Origin: a plasmid
DNA: 64,000 nt
Sequence record: NZ_CP019209.1
Reading direction: 5' to 3' (one strand)
This document shows, in pieces, positions 18,696-28,313 of the stretch. The translations under genes and the position numbers were made by a program. Numbering within the stretch: position 1 is the first letter of the stretch; each line of letters starts with the position of its first letter. The notes under the pieces are model-generated. The model was not told where the DNA came from and ran no database searches. It saw nothing but the letters and a program-made list of their open reading frames with translations.

Positions 18696-19532
18696 ATGTG
18701 CAAAATTCTAAATATTTCTCGTCAGACCTACTATTATCAAGCGAAACCGATCGAAAATGAGTCCGACTTAGAAGAGATCGTTCAGGAAGAGTTTATTCGA
18801 AACCGAAAGGCTTACGGTACCCGAAAATTGAAGAAGTGTTTAGCAAAGCGTGGGCTTCAACTCAGTCGGCGCCGAATCGGTCGAATCATGAAACGCCGCG
18901 GATTGACATCTACCTATACGATCGCTCATTTTAAAGGGCAACGAACAGCTTGTAATGAAGCGAAAACAGCGAATGTATTAGATCGGACCTTTACACAAGA
19001 ACAGCCATTGGAAGCCATCGTTACGGATCTTACTTATGTTCGCGTGGGGAAAAAGTGGCATTATATCTGCTTAATACTTGATTTGTTTAATCGAGAAATT
19101 ATTGGTTATTCCTGTGGTGAGAAGAAAGATGCCTCATTGGTAAAAGAAGCCTTTGGACGGATACCGTATTCTTTAACAGACGTCAAGCTTTTTCATACAG
19201 ACCGGGGAAAGGAATTTGATAACCAAACCATTCATGAGATTCTGAATGGTTTTGGAATTACTCGTTCATTGAGTAGGAAGGGTTGTCCGTATGATAATGC
19301 CGTTGTGGAATCAACCTATAAATCTGTCAAAGTAGAATTCGTGCATCAATACCAATTTGAGACACTGGCACAGCTACGTCTAGAATTGTTTGATTATGTG
19401 CATTGGTGGAACTATCTACGCTTACATGGCACGTTGGCGTATGAAACACCGATCCAAATTCGACAACAGAGATTGGCGAAGCGAATCCTTGATAATGAGC
19501 GCGGATCTGATACCTCTGGAGAGGCAGCGTAA
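18696..19532 (+). CDS. IS3-family transposase OrfB (DDE integrase core)
   Basis: 278 aa with a DDE/rve-like region (TDLTYV...HTDRGKEF...YDNAVVES). Confidence 0.8.
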   Translation: MCKILNISRQTYYYQAKPIENESDLEEIVQEEFIRNRKAYGTRKLKKCLAKRGLQLSRRRIGRIMKRRGLTSTYTIAHFKGQRTACNEAKTANVLDRTFTQEQPLEAIVTDLTYVRVGKKWHYICLILDLFNREIIGYSCGEKKDASLVKEAFGRIPYSLTDVKLFHTDRGKEFDNQTIHEILNGFGITRSLSRKGCPYDNAVVESTYKSVKVEFVHQYQFETLAQLRLELFDYVHWWNYLRLHGTLAYETPIQIRQQRLAKRILDNERGSDTSGEAA

Positions 19533-19619
19533 TTGAATGATTGTGCTTCTGCCGGAGAAAATCAGATCCGAGGATGCTCATTGTCAAGGGCAATCGTAGC
19601 CATAACACCGCAGCATTCA

Positions 19620-20011
19620 CAACACCTTATAATTTTTGTCAAAAAAAGTGTTGCCATTCCATCTGGCATTAAGAAAGGATATGAAGCCTTTGTCTTTTCA
19701 TGTATTAACTTTGACTTTTCAATTGCTTCCTTGTTTTCACCGTTATCATCAACAGGATCTGTAACAACTCCAACGATATTTACACCCTTGCTTTTCATTT
19801 CATTCTGAACCTCAACCAAATCAGGAATTTCCTTTACACAAGCTGTACACCAAGTTGCAAATACATTTACCATAGTAAGATCATACTTCTCAAAATCTTT
19901 ACTTGTAAAATCCTTGCCATTTATGTCCTTTGTTGGTAGTTTACGTAAATCTTTAACCGATTCTTTGTTAAATGCTTCTGTATTTTCTAAATCAGTTTTT
20001 TCTGATAGCAC
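19620..20011 (-). CDS. Thioredoxin-fold thiol-disulfide oxidoreductase (TlpA/ResA-like); C-terminal codons now supplied by the IS3-family end
   Basis: WCTAC CxxC motif. The ORF runs into the IS3-family right end (RCCECCGVMATIALDNEHPRI tail from IS sequence); GTG start. Confidence 0.6.
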
Positions 20012-20166
20012 AAAACCATTTTTAGGACGTTCTTTTTTATCTATAATTTGAATCTCAGTTCTTTTTAATTCATCCAGAAGATTACTTTCAGCTCCGCTAT
20101 TTGTGCTTAAATAGCAATCGTATTTTCCATCACTTGAAACTCCTATTTTAGTATGAGTATCACATT

Positions 20167-20718
20167 TTATAATTTTAGATTTTTTTCTTCTGATGTATTT
20201 TTTTCAAATATACCAATAGTCCCAATTCTTTCAAGCTCATTTTGCCAATTTTTATATCCATCGCCCATCTTTTCTATAACTGCATTCTTTTGTTCTTCTG
20301 TCATTTTCTCAAATGTCAAAATAGCATACTTTAGTTCTTTATCTATAGGACTTTGATCATCTAACATCGCTATCTTTTTATCAGCTATATAATTTCTAAA
20401 TTTGTCTGAGAGTTTAAATTTAAGCCCTAAATATTCATAAACATATTCTTTCTTTGCCTCCAATGTATAATCTGATGGCTTAAAAGTTTCATTTTTGCCA
20501 TTTGCATTAATTGACATGCCTTCCTCTTCAGAACTTATGGATTGTCCTTCTTTTATTTTATTGTTTTCATTACTTTTTTGACACCCAACTGCGCTTAAGC
20601 TCAAACATAATGCAAGTAATAGGCATGCTCCTCTTGGTACTATTTTTTCATAAATTATTCCTCCTTTATTTTTTACACAATAGCATTTTATAGCTACTTT
20701 CAATAACATTCTACACAC
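20167..20718 (-). CDS. Lipoprotein of unknown function
   Basis: Signal peptide with lipobox LSAVGC. The downstream thioredoxin frame is open for about 55 codons past this stop (possible frameshifted fusion). Confidence 0.5.
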   Translation of the reverse strand: MCRMLLKVAIKCYCVKNKGGIIYEKIVPRGACLLLALCLSLSAVGCQKSNENNKIKEGQSISSEEEGMSINANGKNETFKPSDYTLEAKKEYVYEYLGLKFKLSDKFRNYIADKKIAMLDDQSPIDKELKYAILTFEKMTEEQKNAVIEKMGDGYKNWQNELERIGTIGIFEKNTSEEKNLKL

Positions 20719-20912
20719 CTTTTATGAAACGTTGATGAAATATAATTTTTTATTTTTCCAAACTATGGTATAACAATATAAGTATTATGCTTAAAGTTGT
20801 TCTTACACGATTAGTATATGATCGATTAATATATGAGCAAGCACAGTAAGTGTACGGACACTTACGAAAAAATTGATGAAGCAGCCCTTTGGGATCTGCT
20901 TCATCAATTTGA

Positions 20913-21627
20913 ATCGGCTACACTAGACTAGACAGAAAAAATAAGGTGTGTAGAATAATAAAAAACACACTGGAGGATTTTTCATGTCAAGACGTCAACG
21001 AAGAACCTATTCAAAAGAATTCAAACAACAAATCGTCGATCTCTATCTCGCTGGTAAGCCTCGCGCAGAAATTATTCGAGAGTATGAGCTTACGCCTTCT
21101 TCTTTCGATAAATGGATGAAGCAAGCACAATCAACGGGCTCATTCAAAGAAAGAGACAACTTAACACCAGAACAAGCAGAATTGATCGCACTAAGAAAGA
21201 AAAATAAGCAACTCGAAATGGAGAATGATATTTTAAAGCAAGCGGCGCTGATATTCGGACGAAAAGACAAGTAATTGATGCCAACAAGCATAAATATTCC
21301 ATATCAGCGATGTGCAAAATTCTAAATATTTCTCGTCAAACCTACTATTATCAAGCGAAACCGATCGAAAATGAGTCCGACTTAGAAGAGATCGTTCAGG
21401 AAGAGTTTATTCGAAACCGAAAGGCTTACGGTACCCGAAAATTGAAGAAGTGTTTAGCAAAGTGTGGGCTTCAATTCAGTCGGCGCCGGATCGGTCGAAT
21501 CATGAAACGCCGCGGATTGACATCTACCTATACGATCGCTCATTTTAAAGGGCAACGAACAGCTTGTAATGAAGCGAAAACAGCGAATGTATTAGATCGG
21601 ACCTTTACACAAGAACAGCCATTGGAA
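20913..21627 (+). mobile_element. IS3-family element copy 2, 3'-truncated by IS1216
   Basis: Left end and orfA identical to copy 1; orfB is cut at codon about 105 where the IS1216 IR begins. Confidence 0.7.
20984..21274 (+). CDS. IS3-family transposase OrfA (copy 2)
   Basis: Identical to 18370-18660 except residue 2. Confidence 0.8.
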   Translation: MSRRQRRTYSKEFKQQIVDLYLAGKPRAEIIREYELTPSSFDKWMKQAQSTGSFKERDNLTPEQAELIALRKKNKQLEMENDILKQAALIFGRKDK

Positions 21628-21675
21628 GGGTTCTGTTGCAAAGTTTTAAATCTACTATCAGATAAGGTAGAATAA
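21310..21675 (+). pseudogene. IS3-family OrfB truncated by IS1216 insertion
   Basis: Matches copy 1 OrfB to ...TFTQEQPLE, then reads into the IS1216 IR. Confidence 0.8.
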
Positions 21676-22437
21676 TAGAAAAAGATAGCAGGAGGAATGA
21701 CGATGAGTCATTTTAAAGGAAAGCAATTTCAGCAGGATGTGATTATTGTAGCCGTGGGCTACTATCTTCGTTATAACCTTAGCTATCGTGAAGTTCAAGA
21801 AATCTTATATGATCGTGGCATTAACGTTTCTCATACGACGATTTATCGTTGGGTGCAAGAATATGGCAAACTACTCTATCAAATTTGGAAAAAGAAAAAT
21901 AAAAAATCCTTTTATTCATGGAAAATGGATGAAACGTACATCAAAATTAAAGGAAAATGGCATTATTTGTATCGAGCCATCGATGCAGATGGTTTAACCT
22001 TGGATATTTGGTTACGTAAAAAACGGGACACACAAGCAGCCTATGCTTTTCTTAAACGGTTAGTGAAGCAGTTTGATGAACCGAAGGTTGTAGTCACAGA
22101 TAAAGCCCCCTCTATTACAAGTGCCTTTAAGAAACTAAAAGAATACGGCTTTTATCAAGGGACAGAACATCGTACCATTAAATACCTGAATAATTTGATT
22201 GAACAAGACCATCGTCCAGTAAAGAGACGCAATAAATTCTATCGAAGTTTACGCACTGCCTCTACCACGATTAAAGGCATGGAAGCCATTCGAGGATTAT
22301 ATAAGAAAACCCGAAAAGAAGGCACTCTCTTCGGGTTTTCGGTCTGTACTGAAATCAAGGTATTATTGGGAATCCCAGCTTAAATCATAGATACCGTAAG
22401 GGATTTTATTCTTTATTTAAAACTTTGCAACAGAACC
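21628..22437 (+). mobile_element. IS1216 (IS6 family) copy A, 810 bp
   Basis: Terminal IRs GGTTCTGTTGCAAAGTTTTAAAT at both ends; single 228-aa transposase. Confidence 0.9.
21697..22383 (+). CDS. IS1216 / IS6-family transposase (228 aa)
   Basis: MTMSHFKGKQFQQDVIIVAVGYYLRYNLSYREVQE... is the canonical IS6-family transposase N-terminus. Confidence 0.9.
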   Translation: MTMSHFKGKQFQQDVIIVAVGYYLRYNLSYREVQEILYDRGINVSHTTIYRWVQEYGKLLYQIWKKKNKKSFYSWKMDETYIKIKGKWHYLYRAIDADGLTLDIWLRKKRDTQAAYAFLKRLVKQFDEPKVVVTDKAPSITSAFKKLKEYGFYQGTEHRTIKYLNNLIEQDHRPVKRRNKFYRSLRTASTTIKGMEAIRGLYKKTRKEGTLFGFSVCTEIKVLLGIPA

Positions 22438-22794
22438 ATTAAATGTTCTTACTGCCTCTTCCACACTAATTTCTTCGTTCAATTTCACTAATAATACTTG
22501 ATCTCGCTTATTATAATCGCTTTCATTTATCCTAAGAGTCAAATCTTTTTCCACCATAACTTTTACACCCAATAAATTTTGCGGTTTATTTTTCTCTGTT
22601 GAAATTCTTTGTGTAGCCTTTAAACTGACAATTAGCTCATTGGGTACATACTCTATTTGAGAGTCATCTAATTGGCTCATAATCCTTTCTTTTTGGTTAG
22701 TATCTGCAGTTACTTGTTTAGTATGAGCCATGAACCCAAACATACTCACCCCAACAACCAATCCTAAATATATTTTCTTTTTAAACTTTTTCAT
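22417..22794 (-). CDS. Secreted protein (possible peptidase propeptide-like domain), C-terminus replaced by the IS1216 IR
   Basis: Signal peptide; the last codons GSVAKF* are encoded by the IS1216 IR. Confidence 0.45.
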   Translation of the reverse strand: MKKFKKKIYLGLVVGVSMFGFMAHTKQVTADTNQKERIMSQLDDSQIEYVPNELIVSLKATQRISTEKNKPQNLLGVKVMVEKDLTLRINESDYNKRDQVLLVKLNEEISVEEAVRTFNGSVAKF

Positions 22795-23053
22795 CTACAT
22801 CTCCTCCTAATAGTTTTATTTTAGAGTTAGCTCTATTACTTATTTACTAACTCAACAACAGATTATCATACACTTGTTAATGAAATCACAATATCTCATT
22901 AAAACACACCCTAAAATCATAACCGTTCCTATGCTCATTTTTTGGATTTTTTAATCACGTAACCAGAAAAATAAATCCCCTCTATTTCACGCAAATCAAA
23001 GAAGAACTAAGTAACTACCGTTTAAAGGTAGTTACTTAGTTCTTCTTTGATTA

Positions 23054-23602
23054 TTATCTAACTTTATTATTCATTCCCCACCCTTTGCGCAGTGAGTCTT
23101 CGGTATCTTGTTTTATCTGACTGGTAGTTCTTATTATTTCTCCACGATCATCTAATTCTGGAACAATTGGATATTTTTCTCTGAACAAGTCTAGTTCTTT
23201 CACCACGTCATTAAACAAATCTTGCTTATCTTCTTGCGTAAGATTCTGTTTAATATACTCATCTAAAGCTTTTCTAAGCAATTCATCTCTTGTCATATTA
23301 GTCTCATACTTTTCTACTAAAACTCTGGAAGTCGCATTTAACAAAGTCGACAGTTTTAAAGGATGCTTGGTGGAATAAACCTTATCAAACTTTCTGATTG
23401 GTGCGCCAACTTTTTTTGTTCTTCCTCTACTCTGTCTTTCAACATTGGAGGAAGTTTTTATTTCTTGAACTTGGTGCACTTCTAATTGCTTATTTTCAGA
23501 TGGTGTAATTGCTTGCTGCTTTTTCTTTGCTTCTGCTTCTTTTTTTATTTTGGCGAGTCCTTTGTTGTTCCCAAAAATATCAAGTCCTTTGATGTCAGCC
23601 AA
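23054..23602 (-). CDS. Small partition/iteron-binding partner of ParA (RepC/ParB-analog candidate)
   Basis: Lies immediately downstream of, and abutting, parA; basic, charged 182-aa protein. Confidence 0.4.
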   Translation of the reverse strand: MADIKGLDIFGNNKGLAKIKKEAEAKKKQQAITPSENKQLEVHQVQEIKTSSNVERQSRGRTKKVGAPIRKFDKVYSTKHPLKLSTLLNATSRVLVEKYETNMTRDELLRKALDEYIKQNLTQEDKQDLFNDVVKELDLFREKYPIVPELDDRGEIIRTTSQIKQDTEDSLRKGWGMNNKVR

Positions 23603-24460
23603 TTACTCCACCTCCGCATACCAATTCTCGTGTTCTTCCAATTCTTTCAAAATACTGATAAATAATTCGTGGCTTTTGCGATCCCATTGTTTTAAGAGAC
23701 CTTTCTTTGTCTTCTCCATCGTAATACCTGATCCGTCGTATCGTTTTAAGCGCGCATTTTTGAGTACAACATTTTTAATCAAATGTTCCCCATAAATCTC
23801 TTGGGCTTGTTTATACATTTCCTGATCTACTGCGTCACCGCTTTCCAACATGAAAGGAATAACACCAGCAACATATAAATTTGTATCAAATTCTTTCACA
23901 AAAAAGTCCATATACTCAAGATATTGCATCGCATTTCTCATCGATTTTACTTGGGTCTGTAAGACGACGATTGCCCAATCCGCAATGTACATCGCGGATT
24001 TACTATATACAGAAATAGAAGGTGGGACATCTAAATAGATGACGTCAAACTCATCAAATAATGGTTCTAGCTTTTCTTTCATATATTTGAATTGGGATAA
24101 TGAATCATTATATTGGTCTTTGATCCAATCATCATACATTTCAAAGGACATGTCTGCTGGAAGTATATAGAGGTTATTGATTACTTTATAGACAGCCTCT
24201 TTAGGTGGAAGATTGTTTATCAACACGTCAGTCACAGTATTTTCGTAAACAATCGGTTCACCTTCTCCGCCTCCTTCTTCGTTAGTGAAGTTCATATGCG
24301 TTAAGTTCATCACATCAGAAGTATTTCCTTGCATATCCAAGTCAATTATCAAGGTTCTTTTTCCTTCATTAACTGCTGATTCAAACCCTAACATTTGCGC
24401 GCACGTACTTTTACCTACGCCACCTTTAAAATTACCGATTACATATTTCTTCGCTACCAC
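23603..24460 (-). CDS. parA: ParA/Soj-family partition ATPase (pAD1 RepB-like)
   Basis: Deviant Walker A KGGVGKST near the N-terminus; 285 aa. Confidence 0.85.
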   Translation of the reverse strand: MVAKKYVIGNFKGGVGKSTCAQMLGFESAVNEGKRTLIIDLDMQGNTSDVMNLTHMNFTNEEGGGEGEPIVYENTVTDVLINNLPPKEAVYKVINNLYILPADMSFEMYDDWIKDQYNDSLSQFKYMKEKLEPLFDEFDVIYLDVPPSISVYSKSAMYIADWAIVVLQTQVKSMRNAMQYLEYMDFFVKEFDTNLYVAGVIPFMLESGDAVDQEMYKQAQEIYGEHLIKNVVLKNARLKRYDGSGITMEKTKKGLLKQWDRKSHELFISILKELEEHENWYAEVE

Positions 24461-24489
24461 GTTCCTACCTCTTTTCTTTTAGCAATATT

Positions 24490-24600
24490 CATTTGATACT
24501 ATTATAACATATTTATTTTTAGTTACTACCAAAAAAAAGATATATATGTACTACCTTATAATTAATAAGTAAAAGGTAGTACATAAATAAGGAAAAGCTG
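24490..24600. promoter_or_regulatory. par promoter region containing TAGTA/GGTAGTA iteron motifs
   Basis: gttactacc, gtactacctta and aaggtagtacat motifs upstream of parA, the same motif family as the 37.1-38.7 kb array. Confidence 0.5.
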
Positions 24601-24745
24601 AAATATATTGATTTATAGCTTTCCTCAAAGTAATGACGTTATTTAATTTATCGAGAAGCAGAGAATACTCGCGACTTTAGTCATGTAGACGAATCAGATT
24701 TTCGATAAAAAAGAAGCCGTCCTTCTTAAGAACGACAACAAATCA

Positions 24746-25032
24746 CTAGATTAATTTTTTCAACTGTTCATAAAAGTTTTCATGCGTTCCACATAACAAT
24801 ACTGGAATAACCTTGTTTTCTATAATCTCGTAAGCTACTCTATATGTTGTGCCCGCATATTTGAACCCACTAGACCAAATACCTGATAAATCCCCAGTTT
24901 TTTGTTCACCCTTATATGGATCAATCGCAATTTCATCATAAATTAAATTCAAAAATTTTTCTTTCAATGGCTTCTCTTTTAGCTTTTTAAATACTTAATG
25001 ACATGTTTTGAAGGAACGATTTCATAAGCCAA
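24746..25032 (-). pseudogene. RelE/ParE-family toxin gene with a frameshift in an A5 run (24981-24989)
   Basis: A TTG start overlapping the antitoxin stop gives MAYEIVPSKHVIKYLKS*. A shift then continues KKLKEKPLKEKFLNLIYDEIAIDPYKG...CGTHENFY, a complete RelE/ParE fold only if frames are joined. Confidence 0.5.
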
Positions 25033-25351
25033 TTTCTGTTGCCAACTCCTCTTTAGTCATTACTTTAGAATTAGTAAGTGTATCTTCAGCAATATCTCTA
25101 AAGGAAGAATGCATTTTGTTTTTTCTATTCTTAAATTCTACAAGAATCTCATCTTTATCGTAGCCTTCTGCAATTATATCAGACAAAATATCTTCGCTAA
25201 AATCATAAAATTCTTTTTGTGGTTCAACAAATTCATAAAGAATACCATTCTCTACCAACTTTGCTTCAACTTCGACTCCATTAGGAACATTAAAATCTTT
25301 AGGTACTGTCAACATGATTGAATTGCCTTGTTTTCTTGTTTTTGTAATCAT
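25022..25351 (-). CDS. AbrB/MazE (SpoVT/AbrB-domain) antitoxin
   Basis: MITKTRKQGNSIMLTVPKDF swapped-hairpin motif. Confidence 0.6.
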   Translation of the reverse strand: MITKTRKQGNSIMLTVPKDFNVPNGVEVEAKLVENGILYEFVEPQKEFYDFSEDILSDIIAEGYDKDEILVEFKNRKNKMHSSFRDIAEDTLTNSKVMTKEELATEIGL

Positions 25352-25427
25352 TTAAATCCCTCATTTCTAACAGTATGTAATTACTTAGTAAATACATTAT
25401 ACCACGAGATAATGTATTTACAAGTAA

Positions 25428-25700
25428 TTACTGTGACTCGTAATGCGTCCTTGCTGAATAAATTTCAACCACGTGTTCATCTTCATCTACCTTATAAACA
25501 ACCCGGTGTTGTCTATTCAATCTTCTAGAATACCTACCTTCATGTGTAGGTTTTAACTTCTCAAATGATTGGGTAGGGAGATAGGGATCTTCCTTTAAAG
25601 TCTGAATAACCTTCTCAAATTGAGGTTTCAAATTAGACTGTTTGATTTTCTTTAAATCAGCTTTAGCCGAGTTTTTAATCATCACAGAATAGTTATTCAT
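25428..25700 (-). CDS. RelE/YoeB-superfamily toxin
   Basis: 90 aa, C-terminal RxxxRxVYKVDEDEHVVEIYSARTHY; ATGA overlap with the upstream antitoxin. Confidence 0.7.
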   Translation of the reverse strand: MNNYSVMIKNSAKADLKKIKQSNLKPQFEKVIQTLKEDPYLPTQSFEKLKPTHEGRYSRRLNRQHRVVYKVDEDEHVVEIYSARTHYESQ

Positions 25701-25963
25701 TATAAGTTATCCCAATCAATTTCATCAACATTAGTAAATCCACTATCATCTTTTTCTCGCTTACGAACAACACCCAAAGTGCCTATTTGCTCAAGTAATA
25801 GCGTTTCTTTGATTGCTTTCCAATCATCCAAACCAATAAGCACCGCATTATTTTCACTGCGCTCACTAATGATTTCAATTTCCGTATGATTCTCATTTAC
25901 ATCTTTCAACAACTTATAAAAATTTTTCCGTGCTGAGCTAGGATTTAAGACTGTTTTTGCCAT
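25700..25963 (-). CDS. Phd/YefM-family antitoxin
   Basis: 87 aa, typical YefM N-terminal fold residues (ARKNFYKLLKDV...VLIG). Confidence 0.75.
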   Translation of the reverse strand: MAKTVLNPSSARKNFYKLLKDVNENHTEIEIISERSENNAVLIGLDDWKAIKETLLLEQIGTLGVVRKREKDDSGFTNVDEIDWDNL

Positions 25964-25997
25964 ATCTACTCCCCCTCTAATTTATATCTCCATTCTA

Positions 25998-26017
25998 ACG
26001 TACTTAATTAAGTACGT
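25998..26017. promoter_or_regulatory. Perfect 20-bp palindrome ACGTACTTAATTAAGTACGT upstream of the YefM-like antitoxin (TA operator candidate)
   Basis: Seen directly in the promoter region. Confidence 0.45.
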
Positions 26018-26085
26018 AAATTCGATTGTTTTGTTTAAATTGGAGTACCAAAACAGCATTGTAAAGTGTTATCCGTTTCCTTTAT

Positions 26086-27125
26086 ACCCGTGGTGCTAGT
26101 TAATTTTTTCCTAGAGGAAAATGTCTAAACATGTTGGTAAATCAACAAAAAAACGCATAGAGTAGTCTCAAAACTCCCAAGAAATGAGGACTACATATGC
26201 GTTCATCAAAATATACTGAACATTATACAGATACTTTTATAACATTCAAGGAAATTATGAGAACTGTTTCTAACATATACCACAATTGTGTACCAGATAA
26301 GATTAAAAACCGAAGAAATACTGATCAACTGAAGTAACGCGATACAGTGATTATTGCTTGTGTTATATGGGGCATAATTAATGGCTATACTAGCCAAAGA
26401 GCCACGTATAGAGCGGTTTGTTCCGTCTTATTTCCTAATGGTGACTTTCCTAGTAGGAGTCGATTCACTCGCTTAAGTTCAAACTTAGCTTACACTATCA
26501 AGATTATTCGATACTTTTTCATCAAGAAGCTCACCAAAGGTGAACTAGTCGGAATTATAGATAGTTTTCCTAGTCCATTATGTAAACCAGTTAGAAATAG
26601 ACAAGCAAAACTATTGAATCAAATAGCCAAAGTTGGCTATAACTCAACAAAAAAATCTTATTTTTATGGTCTTAAAATTCATATGATCGTTACTAAGACT
26701 GGCTTTCCGATTACTTACTCAATCACGAATCCAGGTGTCCATGACGTGAAAGTGTTAGAGACTTTATCGGAAGAAGCGAATCTTCCCAATATCCTAGGGG
26801 ACAAAGGATATATTAGCCATAAAATCCATGAAAAGCTTGCCCTTATGGGCATTACTATATCCGTTCCGCCACGTAAAAACATGGATAAATCAGAAAAACT
26901 AGACCACAGCTTACTTGGAAAACAAAGAAAAACAGTTGAGACTGTTTTTTCTTCCTTAGAAAAATTAGGTTGTCAAAATTTCAACTCACGTTCTGTTAAA
27001 GGGCTAGAGAGTAGATTTGAAAGCATATTACTGGCTTACAGTGTTCTATTAAGTCGAGCACAACGACGTTTTGAAGGAACTTTGAGATATTCTTTAGGAT
27101 ATTAAAATTAACTAGCACCACGGGT
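26086..27125 (+). mobile_element. IS982-family IS, copy A
   Basis: 20-bp terminal IRs; transposase with LGDKGY DDE region. Confidence 0.75.
26197..27105 (+). CDS. IS982-family transposase with an in-frame TAA after codon 46 (26335-26337); downstream 252-aa part in the same frame
   Basis: MRSSKYTEHYTDTF...NTDQLK * RDTV(IIACVIW...); the same stop is present in copy B. Confidence 0.6.
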
Positions 27126-28313
27126 TACTCTAGTATTTTTTTTATTTGTCGCAAAAAATGTTACAAATAGGATCACAATAAATATTCCTGCGAATACAAA
27201 AAATGGAGCAGTCAAATTTGTACTTCTTGTTAGAAATTGTGCTAATTGCATAGCAATAGGAGCTATAAAATTACCAATATTACAGCCAATAAAAATCAAT
27301 GAAGTAGCAAAATTAATTGTATTCTTTGTAGTGACTTTATCTAAGTTACTAAAGATAAATGGGAAGCACCATGATCCTGTTATACTTGATAAAAATAAAC
27401 CCGTTAGCAGGAACGTCATATTACCGTTTGACACAGCAATTAACAAATTTGAAATTATAAAGAATATAATTCCCAAGTATAGGGTTCCTTTTCCTATCCA
27501 CTTATTTATTGGTCCAAACATAAATCCTGCTAGTATTCCTAAGATAGGCATTAGAGCTAAATAGTTACTAGCATTAAAGTTTACCCCTTTAATTTCAGTT
27601 GCAATTGATGCAAATCGTACAGAAATAGCAATACTATTCATTACGAGTAAGATTGCAAATAGAACTAGGGCAAAAACCATTGGATTCATCTTTTCTTTTA
27701 CATGATTTTCAGGTATGTCACTATTTTCATCTCTAATTTCAGGAACTTTTAGCGCGAATAAGAGAGCTACAGGAAACGCAATTGCATAGACTAAAAACGA
27801 AGCCGTCCAATTAATGTTCACTAAAACTCCAGCAAGAAAAATAAGGATTGTCTGACCTAAAGCTTCCATTGAATTTCTAATACCTAATAGCGTTGCTCTA
27901 GTATTGCCAGAGTATAAAGAGCTGATATATGTCACAGCCAATGAATTATATACTCCTAAACCGGCACCTAATATTACTCGACTAATAAGAACGGTTTGGA
28001 AGGTAGCTGTAAATACTGGAATAATTCCTCCTATACCAGCTAATAATAAACCTAAAATTATTGTCTTTTTCATTCCTATTCTTTTGGCAAAGTAACTAGA
28101 TAATAAGATAAACAAAATAACAGTTATACTTGGTGCAGTTCCTAAAAGTTCACTTTGACTTTGTGATATCCCCAAAGACTGTTTCATTTGTGGAATAACA
28201 CCATTAATTGCTTGAGAGCTTGTTAACATTAGTGAAATACTTAAGATTGCTCCTTTTTGAAGTAAGCTTTTTTGGTTATTCATCTCTACTTTTCCTCCTG
28301 TGTTATAACCCAA
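27108..28313 (-). CDS. MFS sugar transporter (12 TM), last 5 codons (TRGAS) encoded by the IS982-family IR
   Basis: Hydrophobic 401-aa protein; start overlaps the alpha-galactosidase gene end. Confidence 0.75.
   Translation of the reverse strand: MGYNTGGKVEMNNQKSLLQKGAILSISLMLTSSQAINGVIPQMKQSLGISQSQSELLGTAPSITVILFILLSSYFAKRIGMKKTIILGLLLAGIGGIIPVFTATFQTVLISRVILGAGLGVYNSLAVTYISSLYSGNTRATLLGIRNSMEALGQTILIFLAGVLVNINWTASFLVYAIAFPVALLFALKVPEIRDENSDIPENHVKEKMNPMVFALVLFAILLVMNSIAISVRFASIATEIKGVNFNASNYLALMPILGILAGFMFGPINKWIGKGTLYLGIIFFIISNLLIAVSNGNMTFLLTGLFLSSITGSWCFPFIFSNLDKVTTKNTINFATSLIFIGCNIGNFIAPIAMQLAQFLTRSTNLTAPFFVFAGIFIVILFVTFFATNKKNTRVTRGAS

Larger units (their letters stand above)
18297..19619 (+). 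mobile_element. IS3-family insertion sequence, copy 1 (TGAATCGGCTACAC... to ...GCATTCA)
   Basis: orfA/orfB arrangement; ends TGAAT...ATTCA; the identical left end recurs at 20913. Confidence 0.7.

Noticed and set aside
19327-19808. 97-aa minus-strand and 91-aa plus-strand ORFs near the IS3-family right end
   Set aside because: The first is antisense to OrfB. The second is antisense to the thioredoxin-like gene, which has a clear CxxC active site.
20153-20693. 67-aa and 60-aa plus-strand ORFs
   Set aside because: Antisense within the lipoprotein gene 20167-20718.
21788-21997. 69-aa ORF inside IS1216 (twin at 60631-60840)
   Set aside because: Alternative frame within the IS1216 transposase gene; identical in both copies only because the IS is identical.
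23550-24482. Several 62-81-aa plus-strand ORFs
   Set aside because: Antisense within the parA / partner genes.
25109-25528. 70-aa and 66-aa plus-strand ORFs
   Set aside because: Antisense within the antitoxin/toxin genes; no RBS.
26206-26397. 63-aa ORF antisense across the IS982-family transposase start (twin at 32276-32467)
   Set aside because: Antisense to the transposase N-terminal coding region, which is confirmed by in-frame continuity; no RBS.
27331-28095. 77-aa and 63-aa plus-strand ORFs
   Set aside because: Antisense within the MFS transporter gene.
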